A program made the translations under genes and the position numbers. A DNA stretch of 64,000 nucleotides from Bacteroidia bacterium (GTDB lineage: Bacteria; Bacteroidota; Bacteroidia; UKL13-3): positions 135,441 to 199,440 of the forward strand of contig JBIIBC010000002.1 in the NCBI GenBank assembly GCA_044239605.1, written 5' to 3'. This document shows positions 10,396 through 20,378 of the stretch, one piece after another. A model generated the notes under the pieces. It had not been told where the DNA came from and did not search any database. It worked only from the letters and a program-made list of their open reading frames with translations. The stretch's first letter is position 1; every line of letters starts with the position of its first letter.

Positions 10396-11145
10396 TGATT
10401 CGCCAGAATCACGCAATTCAATTAAGGCATCAATTCCAATTTCAATATGTCGTTTTACATATTGAGCAGTAACTGCACTATCGCTTTTTGATGTTTTTAC
10501 ACCATCAGGTGTCATTGGGTTATCACTAACCAAAAGTAAAGCTCCTTTGGGTATGCTATTCACGAAACCTACAATAAAAATAGTAGCAGTTTCCATATCA
10601 ATAGCCATGGCCCTAGTTTTCTTTAGGTAATCCTTAAATTCATCATCATGCTCCCAAACCCTACGGTTAGTAGTATAAACAGTTCCTGTCCAATAGTCAA
10701 CATCATGTTTAACAATGGTGGTAGATACCGCTTTTTGCATTCTAAATGAAGGTAAAGCAGGTATTTCAGGCATTATATAATCGTTACTTGTGCCTTCGCC
10801 TCTTATTGCAGCAATGGGTAAAATTAAATCGCCTAGTTTAGTTATCTTTTTTAAGCCTCCACATTTACCTAAAAACAAAACAGCTTTTGGAGTGATGGCC
10901 GATAGTAAATCCATGATGGTAGCTGCCATTGCACTTCCCATTCCAAAGTTAATAATGGTGATATTCTCAGCTGTAGCCGACTGCATAGGCTTGTCGGTAC
11001 CCATAATATTTACATTAAATTTTTGTGCGAAAATTTCAACATAGTTAAAAAAATTGGTAAGTAGAATGTATTCACCAAATTTATCAAGCTCTACGCCTGT
11101 ATAGCGCGGAAGCCAATCATTTACAATATCTTTTTTAGTTTTCAT
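10372..11145 (-). CDS. amn: Short-form AMP nucleosidase / PNP_UDP_1 family nucleoside phosphorylase
   Basis: PNP_UDP_1-like motifs (GKCGGL, AIDMETATI, LLLVSDNPMTPDG). 257 aa. Confidence 0.55.
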   Translation of the reverse strand: MKTKKDIVNDWLPRYTGVELDKFGEYILLTNFFNYVEIFAQKFNVNIMGTDKPMQSATAENITIINFGMGSAMAATIMDLLSAITPKAVLFLGKCGGLKKITKLGDLILPIAAIRGEGTSNDYIMPEIPALPSFRMQKAVSTTIVKHDVDYWTGTVYTTNRRVWEHDDEFKDYLKKTRAMAIDMETATIFIVGFVNSIPKGALLLVSDNPMTPDGVKTSKSDSAVTAQYVKRHIEIGIDALIELRDSGESVKHLRFE

Positions 11146-11300
11146 TTAAACAATATTTTAATTTGCAATATTTAGCATTAATTATGCAAAAGCAATATTA
11201 AAAATTTATTTTTACCCAACCATAACCATATACCATCGTATTAAGGTAAAAAATAACTCATTATTTAATTGCCTAACGAAAATAAATTTACTTAACTTTA

Positions 11301-11879
11301 ATGAAAATAGAGCTAGATCAGCTTATAAGTTTATGTTTAAAACAAGATCGCAAGGCCGAAAGTGCTTTGTATAAATATTGTTTTACTAAACTTATGCCTA
11401 TTTGCCATAAGTATTATAAAAGTAAAGACGATACCTTAGCACAAATAAATAAAGCGTTTTTAAAAATATTGAATAATTTAAGCAGTTTTGATGGTAATAA
11501 ATCGTTTGATGCTTGGATAAAAACAATAATGGTAAATACTATTATTGATGAATTTAGGGTAAATAAAAAACGTAATGCCTTGTTTATAGATAACAACAAT
11601 GAACAAGTAGACCTTGATTTCCATCCATTTAATTTAAACGAGGCTGAAGCTAAGTTAACTGCTGCCGATATTCAAATTCATATTCAGCAGTTACCTGAAT
11701 CGAGTAAAATGGTATTTAACCTTTTTACAGTTGATGGTTATAACCACAAAGAAATTGGTGAAATGCTAGGAATAAATGAAGGAACAAGCAAATGGCATTT
11801 AAATAATGCCAGAAAAATATTAAAGAAAAAACTGATTGAAATGTTTCCTCAACTTAAAGAAAGGGAAAAACAAGCATGA
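11301..11879 (+). CDS. ECF-type RNA polymerase sigma-70 factor
   Basis: Region 2 (WIKTIMVNTIIDEFR) and region 4 helix-turn-helix (HKEIGEMLGINEGTSKWHLNNARKILKKKL). Confidence 0.85.
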   Translation: MKIELDQLISLCLKQDRKAESALYKYCFTKLMPICHKYYKSKDDTLAQINKAFLKILNNLSSFDGNKSFDAWIKTIMVNTIIDEFRVNKKRNALFIDNNNEQVDLDFHPFNLNEAEAKLTAADIQIHIQQLPESSKMVFNLFTVDGYNHKEIGEMLGINEGTSKWHLNNARKILKKKLIEMFPQLKEREKQA

Positions 11880-13084
11880 CAGATAACGAATTAGATAATT
11901 TAATTAAAAACAAACTCAATAACCAAACTTTTGAGTATGAAGATACTTATTGGCAGCAAGCCGAAAAGATGATTGATGCTCAGCGTTTTGAAAATAAAAA
12001 ATTGGTTTGGTATAAATCGGCATTTTATGTTGCTGTAGCTACCGTTTTTGCATTATTGGGATGGTTTTTAGTAGAAAATAATAAAATTACTTCTCCTAAA
12101 ACATCTTTAAATGGTAATAATAAAAATGCTCAAATGCCGCAAATTGAATTAAACAGTTCGGCTATATCTAGTCAACCTAAAGCATCTGAATCTAAACTGT
12201 CTGTTAACTCAAATAGTATTAATAATAAAGAAAATTCAATATTAGTTGAATCAAATAATAATACTAAAACTTTAAGAACAGCTAAAGATAAATTACAAAA
12301 CATTGAAACTTTTTTGGGTGAAGAATTATCAATTAAAAATGAAGCTATGACTACTGAAAATATTGTTATTAATAACGAAGTTATGGTGGATGTTTTGCAA
12401 GGTAAAAACGCACAAAAAATCAGCTTAAATTTATTAGCTCCATCTTTCGATTTTACTCAAATTGATTTTATTAAATCGCCAATTAACTATAAAAACAGTT
12501 CAAAATTAAACAGTTATTTTAACGCAAGTTTGGAAGCAGGAACCAATTCGTTTAATAATACATTTTCGACTAATTCATTTGGTTATTATGTTGGAGGTAG
12601 ATTGTATTTTGATATCGGTAAATTCTCGCTAAATACCAATTTGCATTACGAAAATATAAATCAAAATTTGGCTCCTCGTGAAATTATAAATAAAACTTAC
12701 GATTTTACATCAAACACCACCAAAACTTCTATTAAAAACCAATCTATTGATTATGCAATCATTGGGTTAAATGCTATGTACCCTGTATATAAAAACCATA
12801 GTATTGGCATGGGTTTTCAATATGTTCAATTAATTAAAACCAATGATTTGTTTACCACCCAAAATTTAGAAAACAATACCATCATAAATAAAAGTACCAA
12901 TAATTACAGCAATGGTATAAATAAATCTGATATTCAATTTACTTTAAATTACCAATATAGATTTGCCAAACATTTAGCTGTAAATGCTACCTACGTTTAT
13001 GGTCTAAATGATGTTTCAACCAATGAAACGGCTAATTATAAAAACAGAGGAGTTAAATTAGGTTTACAATACATTATAAAATAA
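11876..13084 (+). CDS. Putative anti-sigma factor-like membrane protein with C-terminal outer-membrane beta-barrel-like domain
   Basis: Start overlaps the sigma gene stop (ATGA). Short cytoplasmic N-terminus, one TM helix (AFYVAVATVFALLGWFLV), Ser/Asn-rich linker. Alternating-hydrophobic C-terminus ending YIIK. Confidence 0.45.
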   Translation: MTDNELDNLIKNKLNNQTFEYEDTYWQQAEKMIDAQRFENKKLVWYKSAFYVAVATVFALLGWFLVENNKITSPKTSLNGNNKNAQMPQIELNSSAISSQPKASESKLSVNSNSINNKENSILVESNNNTKTLRTAKDKLQNIETFLGEELSIKNEAMTTENIVINNEVMVDVLQGKNAQKISLNLLAPSFDFTQIDFIKSPINYKNSSKLNSYFNASLEAGTNSFNNTFSTNSFGYYVGGRLYFDIGKFSLNTNLHYENINQNLAPREIINKTYDFTSNTTKTSIKNQSIDYAIIGLNAMYPVYKNHSIGMGFQYVQLIKTNDLFTTQNLENNTIINKSTNNYSNGINKSDIQFTLNYQYRFAKHLAVNATYVYGLNDVSTNETANYKNRGVKLGLQYIIK

Positions 13085-13090
13085 AATTTC

Positions 13091-14203
13091 ATGCGTTCAA
13101 TAATATATTTCATTATCAGTTTTGCTATTATAACAACAGGTTGTAAAACCAATGAAGATCCAATAGGATATATTGGAACTGCTGAGTTTTATGCCAAAGG
13201 AATAATCAATAATAAATCTGTTTTAATTGAAGCTGGCAACAATAATTTCATTATGCAAACTGATAATGGAAAAGACAGTTTAAATATAAATACATACACA
13301 GGTTCATTGGTTAGCACATGTGCTAATTGCAAGGAAAAATTGAGTATTACTGTTCGTAATTTTGAAATAGGAAATACCAGCAATTGGCTTTTAGATTCAG
13401 TATTTAAGCAAGGCATTATTTATAGTTATTACAAAGATGAATTACCACCAAGTGCCTATAAAATTGTATTAAAAAATGAATCCAAAGGTGTCGGTAATGT
13501 AAATTATAAATGGGATTTTGGTGATGGGTTTGGCAGTTTATCAACTGATCCTGAATTTATATTTAAAACGGATGGTAAGAAAAACATAAAACTAACGGCA
13601 GATTTTAAAGATGTTAATTGCTCTTCAACCATTGAAACACCTGTATACATAGATGGTAACAATTTAAATGGCTATATCGACTATAATTATCAAAACATAG
13701 GTAATAATGTATTTAGATGCAATGTAATTAACGCAGATTCAAGCACACATAAATTTGTTTGGCAATATTTAAATCAAACCAATTCATTTCCGAAAGGCAA
13801 TTATTTTGATTTACCAGCATTTGCTAATGAAGGAGTATATAAAGTAGATTTATTGGCTATAAATAAAATTACAAATGATACAACACTTGTATCAAAAAAT
13901 TTAGCTACATCAGCTAATAAGAATTGTGTTTCAAATTTTTCTTACAGTTTAATACCTATTCGAGATACACTTCAGTTTAACAAGGTAATTATTGATTATA
14001 CTGCTCCTGATGGAACTTATTATTCTTCAAAGTATTTAGAGCAGTTTACAGGTTTTGTTATCCAGGAAATTACTAATTACAAAGACATGGTTACCGGTAA
14101 AAAAACAATTAAAGTAAAGGTATTATTTACATGTAATGTTAGCAACGGAACCACTACTATTGAGTTAAAAGACATCAATGCTGTATTTGCATTTTCTTAT
14201 TAA
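13091..14203 (+). CDS. Lipoprotein with PKD domain
   Basis: Lipobox ITTGC. PKD signature YKWDFGDGF. Third gene of the ECF sigma/anti-sigma cluster. Confidence 0.6.
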   Translation: MRSIIYFIISFAIITTGCKTNEDPIGYIGTAEFYAKGIINNKSVLIEAGNNNFIMQTDNGKDSLNINTYTGSLVSTCANCKEKLSITVRNFEIGNTSNWLLDSVFKQGIIYSYYKDELPPSAYKIVLKNESKGVGNVNYKWDFGDGFGSLSTDPEFIFKTDGKKNIKLTADFKDVNCSSTIETPVYIDGNNLNGYIDYNYQNIGNNVFRCNVINADSSTHKFVWQYLNQTNSFPKGNYFDLPAFANEGVYKVDLLAINKITNDTTLVSKNLATSANKNCVSNFSYSLIPIRDTLQFNKVIIDYTAPDGTYYSSKYLEQFTGFVIQEITNYKDMVTGKKTIKVKVLFTCNVSNGTTTIELKDINAVFAFSY

Positions 14204-14212
14204 TTTTTAAGT

Positions 14213-14599
14213 TTACTTTTCATAAAACTCAATGGGTAAACCATCGGGGTCGGCTATGAAAGTAAATTTTTTATCAGTGAATTCATCTATTCTTATAGGT
14301 TCAATACTAATGTTTAGTGAATTCATTTTTAGAACTACCTCCTCAAAATTATCTACCTCGAAAGCCAAATGCCTGAGTCCTGTGGCTTCAGGCCTGCTAG
14401 GTCTTTTGGGCGGATTAGGAAACGAAAAAAGTTCAATTACATAATTTCCGTTTAAAGCCAAATCAAGCTTATAGGAATCTCGCTCTGCCCTGTAAGTTTC
14501 ATTCAAAATTTCTAAACCAATAACTGCTGTATAAAACTGCTTCGAAACAGCGTAATTACTACAAATAATAGCGATATGATGTATTTTATTAATAATCAA
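14213..14599 (-). CDS. VOC (glyoxalase/bleomycin resistance/dioxygenase) family protein
   Basis: HHIAIICSNYAVSKQFY...GLRHLAFEV motif pattern. 128 aa. Confidence 0.7.
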   Translation of the reverse strand: MIINKIHHIAIICSNYAVSKQFYTAVIGLEILNETYRAERDSYKLDLALNGNYVIELFSFPNPPKRPSRPEATGLRHLAFEVDNFEEVVLKMNSLNISIEPIRIDEFTDKKFTFIADPDGLPIEFYEK

Positions 14600-14605
14600 A
14601 TTATA

Positions 14606-15883
14606 CTACGTTTTTAACTTTTTCTTTTTAGCACTTGGGAACAATATATTATTTAAAATAAGTCTGTAACCTGGCGAGTTTGGATGAAGGTTTAAATCGG
14701 TTGGTGGTTCGCCAACCATATGCTGATAATCTTCAGGGTCATGTCCTCCATAAAAAGTCCAAGTACCTTTACCTAAACTACCATGTATATATTTTGCTTC
14801 TTTCAGTTGTTTACTTTCACCTAGTATCAATACATCACTTTTAATAAACTGTTTTCTGAAAGCAGTAGTTTGCCCCATAAAACCTTTAACTGTGCTGGTA
14901 TGGTTTTGGCATAACATAGTTGGTACTAAATCCCATTTTGCTGAAAATTCAAATAAAGAAAATACATCGTTTTCTTCATTTACTGGTCTAGTATCAGGTG
15001 TTGCGTCTATGTATGAATATTCGTACTCATAAGGATTCATTACTAAGTTAAAATCTTTAAACGCAATAGTTTTGCTAAAATCAAGTTTTGCATTAGCATC
15101 ATGGTCGGCAGGATCGCCATCAAAAATACTTTCGCAAATATCAATTCCATCGGCTGCCATGGCAATATCGTAGGTGTCTGTTGCGCTGCACATAGCAAAT
15201 AAAAATCCGCCACCTAAAGTAAAATCTCTAATTTTTTTTGCTACTGCTAATTTAAGTTCTGATACTTTTTTAAAACCATGTTTAGCTGCCATTGATTCAT
15301 TTTCTTTTACTTCAGCCTGATACCAAGCAGTGTTGGCAAACTGCGCATAAAACTTACCATATTGACCAGTAAAATCCTCGTGATGCAAGTGAAGCCAATC
15401 GTACTTTACTAATTTATCGCTCAATAATTCATCATCAAAAACAACTTCGTAAGGAATTTCTGCGTAAGTTAAAACCATGGTTACAGCATCATCCCAAGGT
15501 TGTTTGGTTTTAGGAGAATAAACAGCAATTTTAGGAGCTTTATAAAGTTTCACTAACTCCATATTAACATCGGGTTTGGCTATTTGTAATAATATTTCTG
15601 AAACTTGAGCTTCGCTAATAATTTCATAACTAATGCCTCTAATCTTTAATTCTCGTTCATAAACTTGGTCGTAACCAAACATAAAACTGCCTGCTTTATA
15701 GTTTAAAAGCCAATCCACTTCAATGTCTTTTTGTAAAATCCAAAATGCCAATCCGTAGGCTTTCAAATGGTTCTTTTGTCCTTCGTCCATTGGAATTAGT
15801 ATTCGGCCGGCAAAACTAGATAAAGAACAAAGTAAGAATAGTAAGATAAAAAGTTTACGCATGGTTGTTCTGTTAAAATTCAA
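14606..15883 (-). CDS. Hypothetical secreted protein
   Basis: Signal peptide MRKLFILLFLLCSLSSFA. No motif recognised. Overlaps the next gene by 11 bp, so probably an operon. Confidence 0.5.
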   Translation of the reverse strand: MNFNRTTMRKLFILLFLLCSLSSFAGRILIPMDEGQKNHLKAYGLAFWILQKDIEVDWLLNYKAGSFMFGYDQVYERELKIRGISYEIISEAQVSEILLQIAKPDVNMELVKLYKAPKIAVYSPKTKQPWDDAVTMVLTYAEIPYEVVFDDELLSDKLVKYDWLHLHHEDFTGQYGKFYAQFANTAWYQAEVKENESMAAKHGFKKVSELKLAVAKKIRDFTLGGGFLFAMCSATDTYDIAMAADGIDICESIFDGDPADHDANAKLDFSKTIAFKDFNLVMNPYEYEYSYIDATPDTRPVNEENDVFSLFEFSAKWDLVPTMLCQNHTSTVKGFMGQTTAFRKQFIKSDVLILGESKQLKEAKYIHGSLGKGTWTFYGGHDPEDYQHMVGEPPTDLNLHPNSPGYRLILNNILFPSAKKKKLKT

Positions 15884-16628
15884 ATATACTTTTACTCATT
15901 AATTCATACAAATCTTTTGTGTTGGTGTTTTGTAGTAGACTTAAATGTTTTTGCATGGTGCTTATATCGTTTCTTATTGCTGGTCCTGTTTGAATTTTAC
16001 TAGGTTCAAAATTAAACGAATTATTGATTGCTTTAGTTAACAAATGTTGTAAAATGGTGTAATCTAATTGCTGTAAATCTAACTCTTGTTTTGCCAAAGC
16101 AATTAAGTGATTACTAAAATTATTGGTAATGGTAGCTGCCAAGTGCAAATATTGACGTTCTGCACTGCTTATTTTATTTACATTTTTTGAAAGCCTGTCT
16201 GCAAATGCTTCAATTATTCTATAATTTTCTTCGCTATTTGCTTCAATACAAATAGGAGTGTTTTTAAAATCGGTAAATGAATTTTTATTGATACTTTCAA
16301 TTGGCCAAAAAACAGCTTGGTTAATTTGATTATTAAGTTCCGACATAGGTTTTAAGCCAGAACAATGCACAACCAAACCATCTAATATTGGTAAATTATT
16401 AGCTACTTCTTTTATTGCATCATCATTTACACAAATCAAATATAAATCAGCATTGGTAGGAATTTCAGTTATGTTTTCAAAACAATTGGTCTCCAACTGT
16501 TTCGCAAGTTCAAATGCTTTCAAAACATTCCTGCCAAAAATTCCAAGTATATCTAAATCCTTATTTGAACAAGACTTCATTATTGCTTGTGCAATATTTC
16601 CACTACCAATTATTACAATTCGAATCAC
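15873..16628 (-). CDS. Rossmann-like and DUF2520 domain protein (ProC/F420 reductase-like NAD(P)-binding)
   Basis: N-terminal MIRIVIIGSGNIAQAI dinucleotide-binding motif. About 250 aa, typical of DUF2520 proteins. Confidence 0.6.
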   Translation of the reverse strand: MIRIVIIGSGNIAQAIMKSCSNKDLDILGIFGRNVLKAFELAKQLETNCFENITEIPTNADLYLICVNDDAIKEVANNLPILDGLVVHCSGLKPMSELNNQINQAVFWPIESINKNSFTDFKNTPICIEANSEENYRIIEAFADRLSKNVNKISSAERQYLHLAATITNNFSNHLIALAKQELDLQQLDYTILQHLLTKAINNSFNFEPSKIQTGPAIRNDISTMQKHLSLLQNTNTKDLYELMSKSIFEF

Positions 16629-16772
16629 CTTAATATTTTAAAAACTTTTATTCAAATCAAAATAAAAAAAACCACACCTTTTTAAAATAATGAAAAAAAT
16701 GACATTGAAAATATATTTTGCTTACAAACTGATTAATTCTAAATTGCACCCAATAAAAAGTAAAAGTAATCT

Positions 16773-18332
16773 ATGAAAAAAATTTTATTAGCAGTATTAT
16801 TATTAACTTCAATAAGCTACACAAAAGCTCAAACAAAAGACATGCCATGGCAAATTGGATTGGGTATTGGTATTTCAGAATATTCGGGCGATTTAGGCAA
16901 TGGTTTTTTTAAGTTTGACCTTACTCCACACAACGTGTCGAATAATGGTGGTGGCAAAACAGAAAACACACCAGGAATAGGTTATTTAACCATAACCAGG
17001 TATTTAAGTAACCAATTTGACATTTCGGCAAGAGGATATCTTGGAGAATGGGGATATTTTGACAAAGTAAACGTAATAGGTAGCGCTACAATAGGTAATT
17101 TTTACCGTCAAACTTTAGGATTTGAAGTTACCCCTCGTTGGAAGTTTTTAGAAAAGGATAATGCTATGTTTACTCCTTATGTTACTTTAGGTATAGGCGC
17201 AAGAAGAATAAACATGCCAAAAAACAGAATGGAAGATTTTGGGATTTTTGGTACAGACAAAGATGGTTTATATGAATTTACTGTTCCGGCTGGTTTAGGG
17301 GTAAATGTTAAATTAACTGAAAAATTTGGCATGAATATCCAATCAAATTACATGTGGACAAATAATGATAAAACAGAAGGCTTAGCTTTATACGAACAAT
17401 TAACATATGACCAAGCATGGTTCCATACTATTGGTGTAACCATGAATTTAGGTAAAATAATTGACACTGATGGTGATGGTGTTGGTGACAAAAGAGATAA
17501 ATGTCCAAATACACCAGCAGGTGATTTAGTAAACCCAACTACAGGTTGTTCAATTGACACCGATAAGGATGGAATAGCAGATAATAAAGATGCTTGTCCA
17601 TTAGTAGCTGGTGTTGTTAATTTTAAAGGCTGCCCTGATTCTGATAATGATGGAGTTCAGGATAGTGAAGACAAATGTCCAACTGTTGCGGGTGTTGTTA
17701 AATTTAAAGGTTGCCCTGATTCTGATAATGATGGAACACAAGATAGCGAAGATGCATGTCCTACCGTTGCTGGAATAGCTAAATTTAATGGTTGCCCAGA
17801 CACTGATAATGACGGTATACAAGATAGTGAAGATGCATGTCCAGCTGTAGCAGGTATTGCAGCATTCAAAGGTTGTCCTGATACTGATAATGATGGCATT
17901 GAAGATAAATTAGACAATTGCCCTAAAGTAGCAGGTGTAGCCTCAAATAATGGTTGCCCAGAAATTAAAGCTTCAGTTAAACAATTATTTGAAAAAGCAT
18001 TACAAGGTGTTCAGTTTGAAACTGGAAAATCAGTAATAAAATCTAATTCATTTGCTATTTTAAACAACGTGGCTAAAATAATGGCAGAAAATCCAACTTA
18101 TAAACTATATATTTTAGGTCATACAGATAACGTTGGAGATGCGGCTAAAAACTTAAAATTATCTCAAGACAGAGCAGCGGCTGTTGAAAAATACTTAGAA
18201 AGTAAAGGTGTAAAAACTGAAAGAGTGCGTTCGGAAGGTTTTGGAGATACAAAACCTGCTTATGATAATGCTACAAAAGAAGGAAAAACTAAAAATCGCA
18301 GAGTTGAATTCAAAGTTGAATTTGAACAATAA
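16773..18332 (+). CDS. OmpA-family outer membrane protein with thrombospondin type-3 (TSP3) calcium-binding repeats
   Basis: Signal peptide. N-terminal beta-barrel region. Repeated D-x-D-x-D-G...D...C-P motifs. C-terminal OmpA domain (ILGHTDNVGDAAKNLKLSQDRAAAV...NRRVEF). Confidence 0.85.
   Translation: MKKILLAVLLLTSISYTKAQTKDMPWQIGLGIGISEYSGDLGNGFFKFDLTPHNVSNNGGGKTENTPGIGYLTITRYLSNQFDISARGYLGEWGYFDKVNVIGSATIGNFYRQTLGFEVTPRWKFLEKDNAMFTPYVTLGIGARRINMPKNRMEDFGIFGTDKDGLYEFTVPAGLGVNVKLTEKFGMNIQSNYMWTNNDKTEGLALYEQLTYDQAWFHTIGVTMNLGKIIDTDGDGVGDKRDKCPNTPAGDLVNPTTGCSIDTDKDGIADNKDACPLVAGVVNFKGCPDSDNDGVQDSEDKCPTVAGVVKFKGCPDSDNDGTQDSEDACPTVAGIAKFNGCPDTDNDGIQDSEDACPAVAGIAAFKGCPDTDNDGIEDKLDNCPKVAGVASNNGCPEIKASVKQLFEKALQGVQFETGKSVIKSNSFAILNNVAKIMAENPTYKLYILGHTDNVGDAAKNLKLSQDRAAAVEKYLESKGVKTERVRSEGFGDTKPAYDNATKEGKTKNRRVEFKVEFEQ
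17598..17921 (+). repeat. Four tandem 81-bp (27-aa) repeats encoding TSP3 motifs inside the OmpA gene
   Basis: Copies start at 17598, 17679, 17760 and 17841, with a partial fifth copy following. Protein repeat is AG(V/I)xKFKGCPD(S/T)DNDGxQDSED(K/A)CPxV. Confidence 0.8.
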
Positions 18333-18350
18333 TTGATTTTTTAATAAGGT

Positions 18351-18386
18351 AAAAAGGGGAATAAACAATTGTTGTTCCCCTTTTTC
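18351..18386 (+). terminator. Rho-independent terminator (aaaaaggggaa...ttcccctttttc)
   Basis: G/C stem followed by a T-tract, directly after the ompA-like gene. Confidence 0.6.
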
Positions 18387-18422
18387 TATTTTCAATTATT
18401 ACAATAATTTTATATATACTAA

Positions 18423-19544
18423 ATGAAACTATCAAAAATAGTATTAATAATTTTTAGTTTGTTTATTTATAAAACCAATGCACAAGTAAGCAATACGGGT
18501 ATGGTAGAACAAATGGATAGTACCGAAAATGGAAAGTTAAATGTTTCGGGCTATATAGATGTATATTATGGCTTTGATTTTAACCAACCAAAGACTTTTG
18601 ATAGAGATTATGCTGTTTCATCGTCAAGGCATAACGAGGTAAATATTAACCTAGTTTATGTTGATCTAAAATATAAAAACGATAAGGTTAGGGCAAGAAT
18701 AATTCCTGGTTTTGGTAGTTATGTAAATTCAAATTATGTAAACGAAAGTGGTTCTTTAAAAAATTTGATAGAAGCCAATGTAGGTTTAAAATTATTTAAG
18801 AATAAAGAAATTTGGGTTGATGCAGGCGTAATTGGTTCTCCTTACACCAACGAGTCGGCCATATCAAAAGATCATTTCATGTACACACGTTCTTTTGCCC
18901 CTGAGTATGTGCCTTATTACCTTTCTGGAGCCAAAGTTACGGTTCCATTTAGTAAAAAAATAATGGCCTATTTTTATTTGCTTAATGGCTGGCAGCAAAT
19001 ATCAGATGTAAACAATCCACTTTCATTTGGAACTCAAATTGAATACCGACCTAACAATAAACTTTTACTTAATTGGAATACTTATGTGGGTGATGAAAGT
19101 TCACAGTTAAATCCTAACTATGGTAACAGGTATTTTACCGATTTATATGCCATTTATAATCCTGATGGTAAGTTTTCGTTTACCAGCTGTGTTTATTTAG
19201 GCTATCAACAATGCAATGATTCCATAACTGGAAATAAATATTTTAATAATTGGTGGCAAGCCAATTTTATAGCAAAAGTTAAGTATAATAAAAACGCATT
19301 TTTTGCGGGAAGATTGGAATATTTTAAAGATAATAACGAGGTAATGATTAAATCAATTACTGGCATTAAGGGATTTAGTACTTTTAGTTCGGCTATTTGT
19401 TTTACTAAAAAAGTTAGCCAAAATGCATTGTTTAGATTAGAGGCACGAAATTACTTATCGGAAAGCAATGTTTATATAAATGCTGATAGTAAGCCAAGCA
19501 ATACAAGTAATTTACTAATCACCAATATTACAATTTGGTTTTAA
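18423..19544 (+). CDS. Putative outer-membrane beta-barrel (porin-like) protein
   Basis: Signal peptide. Alternating amphipathic strands. Aromatic C-terminus (ITIWF). Confidence 0.5.
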   Translation: MKLSKIVLIIFSLFIYKTNAQVSNTGMVEQMDSTENGKLNVSGYIDVYYGFDFNQPKTFDRDYAVSSSRHNEVNINLVYVDLKYKNDKVRARIIPGFGSYVNSNYVNESGSLKNLIEANVGLKLFKNKEIWVDAGVIGSPYTNESAISKDHFMYTRSFAPEYVPYYLSGAKVTVPFSKKIMAYFYLLNGWQQISDVNNPLSFGTQIEYRPNNKLLLNWNTYVGDESSQLNPNYGNRYFTDLYAIYNPDGKFSFTSCVYLGYQQCNDSITGNKYFNNWWQANFIAKVKYNKNAFFAGRLEYFKDNNEVMIKSITGIKGFSTFSSAICFTKKVSQNALFRLEARNYLSESNVYINADSKPSNTSNLLITNITIWF

Positions 19545-19583
19545 TTTGTGGTATAGTTTTAGATAAGCATTCAAAAAAATAAA

Positions 19584-20375
19584 TTGATGAAATTTTTAAT
19601 AACAGTTTTTTTAAACTTGATTTTAGCCTCATTATTTGCGCAGCGTAACCCAAACACTAATGCAGGCAAAATAAATCCAAATTACAAAAGCGATACAATC
19701 ATAAATAACCAAACAAACTCTGCCGTATCTTCACCTAACCAAGCAGTGCCTCCTATAGCTATTGATGACAACAACAGTATTCAATTAGGAGCTTCATTAA
19801 ATTATGGAACCACTTTAAACCAAAGCGATATCATGGAAAATGGTTTTGGATTTGGGTTCAAATTAGGATTTAACTTAATAAAAGATGCGCCCATTGCACT
19901 TTATACTGGTTTAGGTTTTGATTACTTATATTTTGGGGGTAAAAAAATTAGTCAAGCAAACAATGTTGATGTAGCCATTAACAGCAATGCATACGGTTGG
20001 TATCCTTATGCGGATTTGGAGTTAGGACCTAATTGGCCAATCACCTTTTTTGGAACTGCATTTTGGGGTGGAAGATTCTTTTACACCCGCCAAAATATAA
20101 CCTTCTTTGATGCTCAAAATAACAAACAGACAAACACTAAAAACTTAGAAGGAGATGCAACACAAATTTATGGTTATGGAGGTGGTGTAAAATTGAATTT
20201 TTCAAAAGGTATAAAAATGGAATTACGTTACCTAAAAAATTATGGCAATAACTCAAAAGTAGTTGATCCAAATACTATTGAATTTGATAGTTTTGGAAAC
20301 CTAAAATCTTATCAAAACAAATATACGGATACTGATTTAGGAGTTTTTTCTATTGGATTAATTCTTAATTTTTAA
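19584..20375 (+). CDS. Outer-membrane beta-barrel protein (possibly PorP/SprF-like)
   Basis: Signal peptide MMKFLITVFLNLILASLFAQ. Gly/aromatic-rich strands. C-terminal Phe (LILNF). Confidence 0.45.
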   Translation: MMKFLITVFLNLILASLFAQRNPNTNAGKINPNYKSDTIINNQTNSAVSSPNQAVPPIAIDDNNSIQLGASLNYGTTLNQSDIMENGFGFGFKLGFNLIKDAPIALYTGLGFDYLYFGGKKISQANNVDVAINSNAYGWYPYADLELGPNWPITFFGTAFWGGRFFYTRQNITFFDAQNNKQTNTKNLEGDATQIYGYGGGVKLNFSKGIKMELRYLKNYGNNSKVVDPNTIEFDSFGNLKSYQNKYTDTDLGVFSIGLILNF

Positions 20376-20378
20376 ATA

